Positions 10,824-20,645 are shown, counted from the stretch's first letter. The stretch is 64,000 nucleotides of DNA from Candidatus Latescibacterota bacterium (GCA_963667175.2 CAXXXF010000018.1:32001-96000); one strand, 5' to 3'. The notes: generated by a model not told the origin, from the letters alone. Numbers and translations: made by a program.

Positions 10824-11045
10824 AGGATGAACAGGAAAATTAACGAAAAGAAGCAGGAATGCTTCCTTTTCCGGCAAATTGCGATGGACCCGTGCGCCAT
10901 AGACTGCGCGACGGCACGCTGACCATCCCGATTCCAAATCCTGAAGGTTGTTGTTGTGGTTTGCGCCGAATTATCAATGAAACAACCGCTTATTCAATAA
11001 AACTACCTCCTTTCGTGGATATCGTAACCTTTGAACCGGGCGACG

Positions 11046-11351
11046 CTATTGAATCCGCTCCAGGACCCGTACCTCGTTCTGCAACCGCTCGCCGAGTCGA
11101 TCTTTCTCCATCTCCAGTTCGTAGCGGGATTGAAGATTCAGCCAGAATTGACCCGTGGTACCAAAGAAACGCGCCAGCCGAAGCGCCGTGTCCGGCGTTA
11201 CTGCGCGCGTTCCATGGACAATCTCGTTAATTCGACGAGGCGGAACCGAGATGTCTTTGGCCAGACGATATTGGCTGATGCCCAGAGGATTGAGAAACTC
11301 TTCAAGCAGGATCTCTCCCGGATGTATTGGGGGCATTGTGACCGCAGGCAT
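11046..11351 (-). CDS. higA: HigA family addiction-module antitoxin
   Basis: PIHPGEILLEEFL...RINEIV...ALRLARFFGTT..FWLNLQ canonical HigA/VapI. Confidence 0.92.
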   Translation of the reverse strand: MPAVTMPPIHPGEILLEEFLNPLGISQYRLAKDISVPPRRINEIVHGTRAVTPDTALRLARFFGTTGQFWLNLQSRYELEMEKDRLGERLQNEVRVLERIQ

Positions 11352-11360
11352 TAATACCTC

Positions 11361-11390
11361 CTAATGGTAGTCGACGATCTCCACGAACGC
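11361..11390 (-). pseudogene. HigB toxin C-terminal remnant
   Basis: Reads AFVEIVDYH* directly before the higA RBS (AGGAGG); VEIVDYH is the typical HigB C-terminus. Confidence 0.7.
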
Positions 11391-11414
11391 GGTCGCAGTC
11401 GACTATCGCGGCGC

Positions 11415-14400
11415 TCAAAACACGTACCGTATGCCGACCTGGACCTCGCGCGGGTCCCCGAAGCCGGACTGCACGGTGCCGTCGAAGTTGAACAGCAGGC
11501 CCCCGGTGGAGGGGTCGCGGTAGTTGTCCGTGTTGAGCAGGTTGAAGACCTCGACAATGGCCTCCAGCGCGCCGTTGCCCATTGAAATCGGGCGTGTGAG
11601 GCGCACGTCCCACGAAAAGAACCCGTGGTCTTTGCGCAGGGTATTGCGCTGGACAATGCCGCCGTCGGCGCAGACGCGGTCGGACGTGGGGCCCCACGGG
11701 TTGGTCGTGGCGCGGCTGGACGCCCGGTTGTTGCCGCCGCACGCGGCGGAGACCGGCTGCGGCGAGTAGTAGCTCACACGGTTGTTCATATAGACGTCGC
11801 CGGGGAGTACGGCCAGCGCCCAGGCGTTGAAGCGGTGGCGCTGGTCACGGTCCGAAAAGCCCCACTCGCGGTCCAGCCGGGTGGGATCCACGTAGCGAAA
11901 GGTGAAGGGGTCCCGCTCGTTATCGTCGTCGGATTTGTCCCAGGACAGCGTGTAGTTGATCTGGAACTGAAACTGTTCGCGCATCACACGCCGCAGCCCC
12001 AGGCTGAGGCCATTGTAGCTGGACTTTGCGGTGCTCTCGGCTGTGATCAGGTTGCCAATGCCGTTTCCCCCGTCCGGACCCAGCCCGGTCGACCACGGAG
12101 AACCGTACGCGGCGTCGTTACGGTTCACGAAACGCGTGAGATTGTCGGTACGTGCGTAGGCATAATCGACGGCGCCCACAAGTCCCGATGCCTGAAACTC
12201 ATGCTCGATGCCCGCGTTCAGGCTGACGGTTCGCGGGTTCTGAAAATTCTCGTCGAAGACGTGGACGTTCGGCTGGAATGGACCCCCTTCCGGCATGGGC
12301 AGCAACTCGCCGTAGGTCGGCGGCGGGCCCAGGATCGGGGTCAGCTCGCTGGACCGGAAGAGGGACTGCCCGCGGGAGCCGTTGGTCGAGCGGGTGCTGG
12401 CCAGGTTCAGCCCCGGGATGCGGGCGTAGTAGACCCCGGCGCTGGCGCGCACGAGGGTCCTGTTGTCGCCGTGCGCGTCGTAGGCCAGGCCAATCCGCGG
12501 CTGGAGCATGTCCATGTCGGACGGAATCCTGCCGTTGGACGGGAACCTGTGGGCGCCCTCGTCATTGGTCACCGTCTTGCCGATGAAATCGGCGAAGAAG
12601 ACGTTGGAAGGATCGGTGATCGGGTCGGGCTGGATCTGCGCCTCCCATCGAAGGCCATAGTTGACCGTCAGTCGGCCGGACACCTGCCAACTGTCCTGCA
12701 CGAACAGCGCCAGTTCCTGCTGAGGGATGCTCTGGGTGCCGGCGTCTTCCACGGACAGCCCGCCGACGCCGGCCTGTTCCAGGTAGAACAGCACCGGTCC
12801 CGTGATCTGCGCGCCCTCGGCGCATACGCCCTCGGTGCTGGAGTTTCCGTCCGAACATTCGACGTAGCGGTTGCCGTTTTCCACGAAGTTGAGAAACCCG
12901 TCCACCGAGTCGAAGATGTATCGTCCGTTGGCGAAACCGATAAAGGTCTGCGTCGATTCGACGCGGTTCCACTCGACGCCGGCCTTGAACAGGTGGCCGC
13001 CCCTGGCCAGTGAGACGTTGTTGAGCAACTGGACGCGAGTGTCGTAGTATTCCACCGGGATGAAGAACGGCATCCCGAAGCGGTATCCGTGATCGAAGTC
13101 CATGCCGGTATCCGGGAAGGGGCGCCCGGTATCGGGGTTGACCGGTCCCGAATAGGGCCGCGGCCGGTCCTCTCGGGAGACCTGGAACCGGAACTCATTG
13201 ACGGTACGCGGTGAGAGAAGCGATACCAGGCTGCCGTTGAACGCGTGCGACCCGTCTCTTTCAATCGCGTTCGCGCTGCGTCCCCATGAGTCCACGTCGA
13301 ACGTGCCGTTTTCCTGCTCCGACCAAGTATAGTTGTATTTGAAGGTGGCGGAGTGGTCTTGCGAGAGGCGGAGGTCCACTTTGGCCAGGAAAGCGCGGGC
13401 GTCGTTGGTACGGTCGATGGCGCCGTAGTCTCCCCGCAGCGCCCCGTTGAACGCCGTGTCCATAAATGACCGCAAACGGGGGTCCATGCGCCCCGCGTCG
13501 TTCTGCCGGGTGTCTCTCAATACCTGCTGATCGTACGCGGCGAAGAAGAACGCCTTGTCCCGCTTCAGCGGACCGCCGAGCGTGAAGCCGAATTGTCCCT
13601 GCCTGAAGCGAGGCCGGCGTTCGGCGCCGTTGCGCCTCGCGTTTCCGGACAGCGCGTCGTGTTTGCCGAAGAAATGCGCCGATCCGCTGAGTCTGTTCGT
13701 GCCCGATTTGGTAATGACGTTCACGAATCCGCCGCTCGATCGCCCGAATTCCGCGTTCGCGCCCTGGGGAACGACGACGATTTCAGCCACCGCATCCAGA
13801 TTGAACGTGAAGGCCGGTCGCTGGCCCCCGCGTTGCTCGCCGAAGAACGGGTTGTTGAAGTCCGCGCCGTCCACCGAGACGTTGTTGTGGATGCCGCGCT
13901 GGCCGCCGATGGTCAGTTCGTCTCCGTCCGGCCCCTGGACGATTCCCACGCCGGGCGTCAGGAGCGTGAGGTTCAGAAAGTTGCGTCCGTTGTTGGGCAG
14001 GTCCCGTACCGCTTCCTCAGGCAGGCGGGTGGCCGTCTCGGTCCGGGTGACGTCGACGGCGGGCCTGCTGGCCACAACCACGAACTCGTCCATTTCAATA
14101 ATCATCTTGATGATCAGTTCAACCGTCTCTCCAACCCGGACCTGCACACCCGTCTGCCGGGCTTCGGCCCATCCCTCGGCGCGTACCGTTACGTCGTAGA
14201 AGCCGAGAGGAAGCAGCGTTGCGGTGAACGTCCCCACGTCGGACGACGTGAGGACTCTCCGGTAATTGGTACCCGCCTCCCTCAGGATGACGGTGGCGTC
14301 TTCGACGGGATTGTCGAACTGATCGCATACGAGGCCCCGGATCACGCCCGTCGTGGCCTGGGACTGTGCACCAGCCGGTCGGTATATCAGGGCCATCGAC

Positions 14401-14552
14401 AGCAGAAGAATGGACAGTGTGCGTATCAGGGATCGCAGTGGCCAGAGTGGCGACGCGCGGTCAATGGTGAATCGATTCACCGCCGTTCCTCGTTTTCTCG
14501 TGCATTTCTCGGGTTTTTCTCGCGCTCTTTGGCATTCAAGCTGTGCATCCAT
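11415..14552 (-). CDS. TonB-dependent receptor (Oar-like, carboxypeptidase-regulatory N-domain)
   Basis: Signal-like N-terminus, LPNNGRNFLNL, NAEFGRSSGGFVNVITKSGTN, C-terminal GIRYVF; true start likely downstream of 14552. Confidence 0.9.
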   Translation of the reverse strand: MDAQLECQRAREKPEKCTRKRGTAVNRFTIDRASPLWPLRSLIRTLSILLLSMALIYRPAGAQSQATTGVIRGLVCDQFDNPVEDATVILREAGTNYRRVLTSSDVGTFTATLLPLGFYDVTVRAEGWAEARQTGVQVRVGETVELIIKMIIEMDEFVVVASRPAVDVTRTETATRLPEEAVRDLPNNGRNFLNLTLLTPGVGIVQGPDGDELTIGGQRGIHNNVSVDGADFNNPFFGEQRGGQRPAFTFNLDAVAEIVVVPQGANAEFGRSSGGFVNVITKSGTNRLSGSAHFFGKHDALSGNARRNGAERRPRFRQGQFGFTLGGPLKRDKAFFFAAYDQQVLRDTRQNDAGRMDPRLRSFMDTAFNGALRGDYGAIDRTNDARAFLAKVDLRLSQDHSATFKYNYTWSEQENGTFDVDSWGRSANAIERDGSHAFNGSLVSLLSPRTVNEFRFQVSREDRPRPYSGPVNPDTGRPFPDTGMDFDHGYRFGMPFFIPVEYYDTRVQLLNNVSLARGGHLFKAGVEWNRVESTQTFIGFANGRYIFDSVDGFLNFVENGNRYVECSDGNSSTEGVCAEGAQITGPVLFYLEQAGVGGLSVEDAGTQSIPQQELALFVQDSWQVSGRLTVNYGLRWEAQIQPDPITDPSNVFFADFIGKTVTNDEGAHRFPSNGRIPSDMDMLQPRIGLAYDAHGDNRTLVRASAGVYYARIPGLNLASTRSTNGSRGQSLFRSSELTPILGPPPTYGELLPMPEGGPFQPNVHVFDENFQNPRTVSLNAGIEHEFQASGLVGAVDYAYARTDNLTRFVNRNDAAYGSPWSTGLGPDGGNGIGNLITAESTAKSSYNGLSLGLRRVMREQFQFQINYTLSWDKSDDDNERDPFTFRYVDPTRLDREWGFSDRDQRHRFNAWALAVLPGDVYMNNRVSYYSPQPVSAACGGNNRASSRATTNPWGPTSDRVCADGGIVQRNTLRKDHGFFSWDVRLTRPISMGNGALEAIVEVFNLLNTDNYRDPSTGGLLFNFDGTVQSGFGDPREVQVGIRYVF

Positions 14553-14643
14553 GTAAATTGTCGCATTTTCAATTCAGTTAGCCAACAAAAAAAGCGACCC
14601 GTAAGTCGCCTTCGTTCACGTCACCCAGCCATTTGCGCCGCGG

Positions 14644-15156
14644 TCATGCCGCCGAGCCCGGCCGGCGCAACTCGACGCGGCCGCGTTCGAGCAAGGTGAC
14701 CACCCTGGCCTCCGAACATTGCATCCGCCCCGCGATCTGCGCGATGGTCTTTCCTTCGTCCCGATAGAGGCGCACGGCCTCGTCCCGGTCGAATCCAGGT
14801 ACGTATCCTTTGGCGCCCTTCAATCCCGCGTGTTTGGTGACCTGGATATCCCCGGTAACCTCCACCTGGCAGGCCAGGCGCAGGTTCCCCTTCAGCAGCA
14901 GAAAGCGCAGGTTCTCCCTGGCGCCCTTGACGCTAAGGCCGTCCTGAGGGACGACCTCGACGGTGCAGGTCCCGCACAGCCCGTTGCCTTCGCAATTCAC
15001 AAACCGGGTGATTCCGTTATAAAGCCCGATATCGTTGTCTATTGCCAGCTGCCGGAGGTTGGTGTGCGGTTTGCACTCGACCGTTTTGTTCCAGTTCGTG
15101 AACGTAACCTTGCAGACCTTTTTTCGCTCGGGCAGGCTGCCAATGAAAGTGGACAT
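14644..15156 (-). CDS. 2Fe-2S ferredoxin with C-terminal helix-turn-helix
   Basis: CEGNGLCGTC...RLACQ cluster motif; C-terminal GKTIAQIAGRMQCSEARVVTLL HTH-like. Confidence 0.8.
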   Translation of the reverse strand: MSTFIGSLPERKKVCKVTFTNWNKTVECKPHTNLRQLAIDNDIGLYNGITRFVNCEGNGLCGTCTVEVVPQDGLSVKGARENLRFLLLKGNLRLACQVEVTGDIQVTKHAGLKGAKGYVPGFDRDEAVRLYRDEGKTIAQIAGRMQCSEARVVTLLERGRVELRRPGSAA

Positions 15157-15173
15157 AAAACCTCAAGAAAGCC

Positions 15174-15205
15174 AGCGGTCAGCATTCAGCTCTCAGCCGT
15201 CAGCT
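15174..15205 (+). repeat. 7-nt period tandem repeat (CAGCNNT)
   Basis: cagcggt cagcatt cagctct cagccgt cagc; related reverse-strand runs at ~35310-35345. Confidence 0.65.
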
Positions 15206-15256
15206 AAAGGCAAAAACCGAAAATCGAACTGCGATTTCTACGCCTGCATGGATTTT

Positions 15257-15281
15257 GTAGGGGCGACCCTTGTGGTCGCCC
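15257..15281 (+). repeat. GTAG-class REP palindrome
   Basis: GTAG + GGGCGACC-cttgt-GGTCGCCC hairpin. Confidence 0.75.
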
Positions 15282-15525
15282 GGACACCGGGCATCACACT
15301 GCCGGCGGCGGGTGGACGTCTCCTTTCTTCCCTCTCCCTTCCGACGGTTTACAAGGTATTGATTTTCGCCGTTGAACACAAGTGGAAAACGGCGTCGTGA
15401 GCAATCCCGCCGAAAACCGATTGATAGGTGCGCGCCCGTGTCAAATTTGGTATATTTATGCGCCTGGAAGGGCAGGCCTCTTTCAGGAAACCCGCGATTG
15501 CAGGCAGCGAGGACGTGCGATTCCG

Positions 15526-16428
15526 ATGAACGATAGCAAGACAACGTCGACGCCATCCGCCGAGCAGGCCGTGCGGCGGGCCGTCACCTCTCACCCGAGG
15601 CTGTTCGAGAATAACCGGTACGTGTATCCCGTGCTTTCCCGGCGGTCCGGAGGCATCTCCTTAGGGATCAATCTGAATCCGGACAAGATCTGCAACTTCG
15701 ACTGCATCTATTGCCAGGTCGACCGCACGGTTCCGCCCGTGCTGCGCAAGGTGGACGAAGACCGGATCATCCAGGAATTGGAGGCCCTCCTGGGCGACAT
15801 GCTGAGCGGCGGGATCTTCCAGCACGCGCCCTTCCGCGGAATCCCCGACCGGCTCAAGCGGATCAACGATATCGCCTTCTCGGGCGACGGCGAACCCACG
15901 ACCTATCCCCGGTTCAGGGAGGTCGTCGAAAAAACCGCGGACCTCAAGGGACGGTTCGGCCTTGATGACGTCAAGATCACTGCCATCACCAACTGTACAC
16001 GCTTTCACGTTCCCGCGGTGCTCGAAGCCTTCGAAATCATGCACCGGAACAACGGTGAAATCTGGGCGAAGCTGGAGGCCGGCACGGCCGAATACTACCA
16101 CCTGGTGGAACGCACCCGCATCTCCTTCGAGCGTATCATCGACAACCTCAAACTGGCCGCGCGAAGATGGCCGCTGGTCATCCAGAGCCTGTTCATGCGC
16201 GTTCACGGCCAGCCGCCGCCCGACGACGAAATCCTCGCCTTCTGCAACGTCCTGTCCGACCTCCTCGAACAGGGTGGGCAACTCAAGAACATTCAGATCT
16301 ACACGGTCGCACGAAAGCCCGCCGAATCGTACGTGACCGCCCTGACCGACGCCGAAGTCGACCGCATCGTCCAAACCACTCGCGAAATCCTGCCCGGCAT
16401 CCCCGTCGAAGCCTACTACGGCGCCTGA
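15526..16428 (+). CDS. Radical SAM protein
   Basis: CNFDCIYC (CxxxCxxC), AFSGDGEPT; YVYPVLSRRSGGISLGINL N-terminus; start at MNDSK inferred. Confidence 0.88.
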   Translation: MNDSKTTSTPSAEQAVRRAVTSHPRLFENNRYVYPVLSRRSGGISLGINLNPDKICNFDCIYCQVDRTVPPVLRKVDEDRIIQELEALLGDMLSGGIFQHAPFRGIPDRLKRINDIAFSGDGEPTTYPRFREVVEKTADLKGRFGLDDVKITAITNCTRFHVPAVLEAFEIMHRNNGEIWAKLEAGTAEYYHLVERTRISFERIIDNLKLAARRWPLVIQSLFMRVHGQPPPDDEILAFCNVLSDLLEQGGQLKNIQIYTVARKPAESYVTALTDAEVDRIVQTTREILPGIPVEAYYGA

Positions 16429-16454
16429 ATCGCATCAACTTACATGAGATGGAC

Positions 16455-16508
16455 CTGCCTGCCTGTCCAGCCAGCGCAGCCAGGCGGGCTGAAGCAGGCG
16501 AGGCAGGC
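16455..16508. repeat. 54-bp palindromic mini-element (copy 2)
   Basis: Near-identical to 10770-10823 and in the same GATGGAC^AGGATGAAC context. Confidence 0.8.
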
Positions 16509-16601
16509 AGGATGAACCGGATAGAAGGGCGGGGTGTCAATCCCGTCCGGCTACATCGCAGCCTTTCCATATATGTATTTCCAACCTGCTGGAGAAAAGA
16601 T

Positions 16602-16844
16602 ATGAAGACCCGTTTGCAGAATTGTGGCGATGATTTCGCCGTGTGTATTCCCAGACGAATTGCTGATGAGATCGGACTTGAACCCAATTCACCGGTTGAA
16701 CTATCGCTCCGTGGCAAGGAGTTGGTCATCAAGCCTTTCGCGTCGTCCGCGGCGGATTTGGACGACCTTCTCGCCGGGGTGACCGAGCACAACCTGCACG
16801 GTGAATTGGATACCGGATCCCCGACGGGCCGTGAAGTCTGGTGA
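16602..16844 (+). CDS. AbrB/MazE family antitoxin (no intact MazF downstream)
   Basis: MKTRLQNCGDDFAVCIP...LDDLLAGVTEHNLHGELDTGSPTGREVW matches MazE pattern; GGAG RBS. Confidence 0.82.
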   Translation: MKTRLQNCGDDFAVCIPRRIADEIGLEPNSPVELSLRGKELVIKPFASSAADLDDLLAGVTEHNLHGELDTGSPTGREVW

Positions 16845-16997
16845 CGTCAAACGGTAGATTGAACCGCGCTTTTGCCGCAGGTGGCCCCGCTGAGAGCGCG
16901 CCGCCGTTGCTCTCTGGAATGGGATCTGGCGAGATTTCAGTCTTGACATTGTATCCTAAAGTGTGCATATTATGTGTACACTTTTCGGGGAGGATAT

Positions 16998-17243
16998 ATG
17001 AAGGCATCCATTCTTGACTTGAGGCGGCGGATGAAGGACGTCCTGCTCGCGCTCGACCGAAGCGAGGCAGTTACCATCTATTATCGAGGCAAGGAAAAGG
17101 CCATCCTCACGCCCAGCCGGCAGCGAACGGAAAGTTGTGTATCTGACCATACAGCTTTCGGGATGTGGCGGGACAGGAAAGAGATGGCGGACGTCGGTTT
17201 GTACGTCCGGAATCTGCGCAAAGGCCGCCTGGATGATCTTTGA
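16998..17243 (+). CDS. Phd/YefM-like antitoxin
   Basis: MKASILDLRR...EAVTIYYRGKEKAIL...AFGMWRDR; overlaps PIN toxin start. Confidence 0.75.
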   Translation: MKASILDLRRRMKDVLLALDRSEAVTIYYRGKEKAILTPSRQRTESCVSDHTAFGMWRDRKEMADVGLYVRNLRKGRLDDL

Positions 17244-17610
17244 TACCGACGTTCTGATATGGGTATTCAGGGGACACGATGGGGCTGCACGAATTATCGA
17301 ACGAACCGATGGTCGCCGGATATCGCTCGTCACGTATGGGGAGCTGATCCAGGGTGCGAGAAGCCGGCAGGAATTGAGGGAAATCAAATACTTCCTCAAA
17401 GATCACGACTTTCAGACCTTGCCGCTCACTGAAAACATCGGCCATCGTGCGTCTGTCTATATGGAGGAATATACCCTCAAGACCGCTCTTTCCCTGGCTG
17501 ATGCACTGATCGCCGCAACGGCCGTCGATAACCATCTGACGCTCTGCACGGGAATCAGAAAACACTACCGCGTCATCAACGAACTCGATCTGAAGACCTT
17601 TCGGGTGTGA
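17233..17610 (+). CDS. vapC: VapC PIN-domain toxin
   Basis: MIFDTDVLI, GELIQG, LADALIAATA PIN motifs. Confidence 0.88.
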   Translation: MIFDTDVLIWVFRGHDGAARIIERTDGRRISLVTYGELIQGARSRQELREIKYFLKDHDFQTLPLTENIGHRASVYMEEYTLKTALSLADALIAATAVDNHLTLCTGIRKHYRVINELDLKTFRV

Positions 17611-17709
17611 AATAGGAGAGACGTTCGGACATCCGAGATCTCACGCCAAGAATCAAGAATCCTGGCGCCAATCCTCCCATCTCGACAGATCGCCTCGAAG
17701 ACCACCAAG

Positions 17710-17742
17710 AAGCCCAACGGTCACAGCGACACCGTTGGGCTT
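17710..17742. terminator. 12-bp stem hairpin (terminator-like), repeated at 21124-21158
   Basis: AAGCCCAACGGT-loop-ACCGTTGGGCTT followed by T-rich tract. Confidence 0.6.
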
Positions 17743-18075
17743 TATTTTATAAAGTCAAGTTCGCTTCCGATCAGATTCTGAGAACGTGCCGAACGGGACG
17801 AAGCGATGGGTATATGGCCCAAACGCCGGATGTTACTCCGTGGAAACGAACCCGTCCAGTGATACGTACTTCGGGGACCGAATGCGAGTTCAACTTCCTT
17901 TCGGACTGACCATTGCAACTACCGGTCTTACACTAAAAGGCATGAACACAACAACTCGCCAATTGACCCTTTTAACTAAATTTCGTCGTCTCGGGATGCG
18001 ATAGCGAAGCACGACGAGCGGCGCAAGCGTCTGCCGATGCCTAGAGGGTTCGTGCCGATTCAGCCAGAAACTCAG

Positions 18076-19277
18076 CTACAATCGGTATGTACAGGAGGAT
18101 GCGAGTCGAATCCATCTGTTGCTCTGATCGTCACGAAATCTCCCTTCCTCAATACCGACCACGTTCCGTTGGTTGGCAAACAACACGGCAGACCAACAAC
18201 CCGGAGCCACAGAACTGGGATACTTGATACCCTCGACAGGTCGTCCGGCCAGTGGAGGAAGGCACCGGATATATTCGGTGACAATCTGCGTGGGAACATA
18301 GTCGATGTGAATGCGGTCTTCGTCGGAGATGGGTTCTGAAATCCTGTGTTGGCCTTCATGCAAGAACATTAGATTCTGTCTTGGGTTGAATTCCGTAGTA
18401 TCTGGAATTCGTGCAAAGAGACTAGGGGTCGGTGGAATAGCGGTTAGATCCAGGACCAATGCGGGTCTAGTTAGTCGGAAAATTCCTACAGAGAATCCCC
18501 CGGTTCGTGCTCGAATTTCGTCAAGTGCAGTTTTTGGATCTTCACTTACATAAAACATAGGAATCCCCACTGGATTCATGCGGTTTTGGCTTGCTTTCTC
18601 ATCAGGAGGCGGGCCGAGATCCTTAGGCTCGGTCCAAGGATTGCCGGAATTGTGGCTCCGCGCCCGAAAGAGTGGCACGTTGGCGTCTAGTTCCACAAAG
18701 AGTTCTTGTTGTTCTGCGTATTTGAAGATTCTATCCAGAACTCCTGCTGGTGAAAGAACCTCACGATCATCAGATCTTATGGTACGAAAAAAAAGCGCCG
18801 TTCATGTTTGACCACTCGGCAGAACTCCTGCCAACTGACCTTAGCTAACTCATGAGGATTTAAATCGTGCGGGTTTAATTCACACCATACAATGCCGTCA
18901 AGGGCTTCTGAGAGCCTTCCGTGCAATTTACCTGAATGATCGTTCGGCAAAGAAAGTTGGAGTTCGTCTGCAATTAAGTCGTAAGGGTACCAGTGACGTC
19001 CTATAAAACCACCCTCAGCAGTTTCATAAGGTAAGTTGTTGGCCGCATCCTCGTATTCCTGTTCCACGCAAATGCGGAAATGTTCCGCAACTTTGTCCAC
19101 ATCGGCTGCAATTATCTTCTCATCTGTAATACCGCAGAAACTGCATGCTGTGGACTCAGCGTAGCATTCTATAAAATCACACAGACCGTCGTCCTCAAAG
19201 CATCTACTACACACATAATCCATGAAGTCGTTCTCGTTTGTGACGAATGCGTTGTCCAGTTCTTTCGTCTCATACAA
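18076..19277 (-). pseudogene. RES-domain protein with Zn-binding/HEPN-RES-type N-terminal domain, frameshifted at T8 run
   Basis: ORF 18777-19277 (CxxC...CxxC) and ORF 18076-18696 (NRMNPVGIPMFY, GIKYPSS) join in the -1 frame at 18787-18794. Confidence 0.8.
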
Positions 19278-19298
19278 CCGGGACTCAGGGAATGGAGT

Positions 19299-19544
19299 TC
19301 ATTCCGGTTCTTCATCCAACACTCGGCTGAACGCATCCAGATCGGATACCTGAACCGCGGCTCGGTGCAACGCCTTGAGACGCTGCGCGTCGTCGATGTT
19401 CGCGATCCGAGCGGCGTATGGATGCGACGCAACGAGGTCGAATCGAACCTCCAGTACAGCAAGGATACTTTCCCGGAGTCCTTGTTCGACGCCCTGGCGG
19501 GTGAGGTATCGGGCAAAGGATGATTCACGTATGAGATCCATCAT
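19299..19544 (-). CDS. Rpn (YhgA-like) C-terminal small protein, RpnS-like
   Basis: QGVEQGLRESILAVLEVRF...IANIDDAQRLKALHRAA is typical of the Rpn C-terminal domain; AAGGAGGG RBS before ATGATG. Confidence 0.65.
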   Translation of the reverse strand: MMDLIRESSFARYLTRQGVEQGLRESILAVLEVRFDLVASHPYAARIANIDDAQRLKALHRAAVQVSDLDAFSRVLDEEPE

Positions 19545-19736
19545 GCCCTCCTTCGAGATGACATCGGAAATGGTTTCCGGCGTGTACACCTTTATTGTTG
19601 TATGGTTATCTGTCTAACCATAATATAATACAATGACTTGGGTAAGGAAACTACCTTTTTTGTGAATTATTGAGGATAGCGAGGTCCGAAAGGAAATGTG
19701 GCATAATGTGTGGGCAACCTGGGAGATGGCCTGAAT

Positions 19737-20144
19737 TTAGATCCGGTCATGTTCTGCTGGTTCGATTTGTGGTACGGCCTTTGAGGCTTTTTCGAAATCC
19801 GCACGTTTACCTTGTTTCGCCTCTTGATCCAGATAGTCTTCCGCGAGTATGGAAACAACGAGGTTCAAATTTTCTTTTCGAAGCAGGTCTTGCAGGGCAA
19901 GCTGAACCCAAAAGCTTTCTGGCTCGCCGAGTTGTCTGGCAATTTTGGCAGCCCTGCTGGGCCTTGGAATTCTTCTTTCTTTTTCTATATCACAAAGGCT
20001 TTGAGGTGAAATCCCCAAAAAATCAGCAAACGCGCTCTGGCTTTTTTCTTCTCCTGTTCGATAGCTGGATAGGGCATTTCCGAATGTGAGACATCCAAAG
20101 TCTCTCTCCAGTTCAGAAGTCCCATATTGTCCTTTAGTAGTCAT
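19737..20144 (-). CDS. HTH (XRE/HigA-like) antitoxin with extra C-terminal segment
   Basis: SQSAFADFLGISPQSLCDIEKERRIP HTH; overlaps upstream toxin stop. Confidence 0.8.
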   Translation of the reverse strand: MTTKGQYGTSELERDFGCLTFGNALSSYRTGEEKSQSAFADFLGISPQSLCDIEKERRIPRPSRAAKIARQLGEPESFWVQLALQDLLRKENLNLVVSILAEDYLDQEAKQGKRADFEKASKAVPQIEPAEHDRI

Positions 20145-20427
20145 GTTTATTGATCTCCTCAACTTGAATCAAATTAACCTCATCGCCTTCTATTTCCGTG
20201 TAGAAGGCGCGATAGGATCTGGATAGCCTGATGGATCTTTGCCCTCTTCGTCCACCTCGAAGAGATTCATCATGATATCCGGGGATTTTTCTAACTTCCT
20301 GAATGCCCAGAGATTCTACTTGAAGTGCCCATCGTTGAAGGTTTCTGACAATATGAATGGGCAACCTATACAGATTTTTTCTCACCTTATCAAATCGGAC
20401 TCTTTCCATTCTCAAATTATACGTCAA
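20134..20427 (-). CDS. RelE/HigB-like mRNA interferase toxin
   Basis: GYHDESLRGGRRGQRSIRLSRSYRAFY...VEEINKHDY. Confidence 0.8.
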   Translation of the reverse strand: MTYNLRMERVRFDKVRKNLYRLPIHIVRNLQRWALQVESLGIQEVRKIPGYHDESLRGGRRGQRSIRLSRSYRAFYTEIEGDEVNLIQVEEINKHDY

Positions 20428-20494
20428 AATGACGTATGTATCAAGTCCAACCTGGCGTGATATATTTTGAAATACGGTTGAGGAACCTTAACAC

Positions 20495-20620
20495 CTCGTT
20501 CAAATTGCCATTTCTTGAACGCCTCGGTCAGCACAAACACGAAATCCACCCCTTCAAGATAAAAAAAGCAGTCGTAGCGGCAAATACACCGATACTCAGA
20601 GGATCCTTTACGGTTTCAAA
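20495..20620. repeat. ~125-bp dispersed duplicate of 27415-27543
   Basis: Near-identical gttcaaattgccatttcttgaacgcctcggtcagcacaaacacgaaatccacccc...tttacggtttcaa; this copy has one C fewer in the C-run. Confidence 0.85.
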
Positions 20621-20645
20621 TCCCAACTGTACTTCGATCGGCGTG

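Noticed and set aside
11625-14699. Long antisense ORFs opposite the TonB receptor (similar ones occur opposite ppk1, PhyH and xdhC)
   Set aside because: Shadow ORFs caused by high-GC codon bias; no recognisable motifs.
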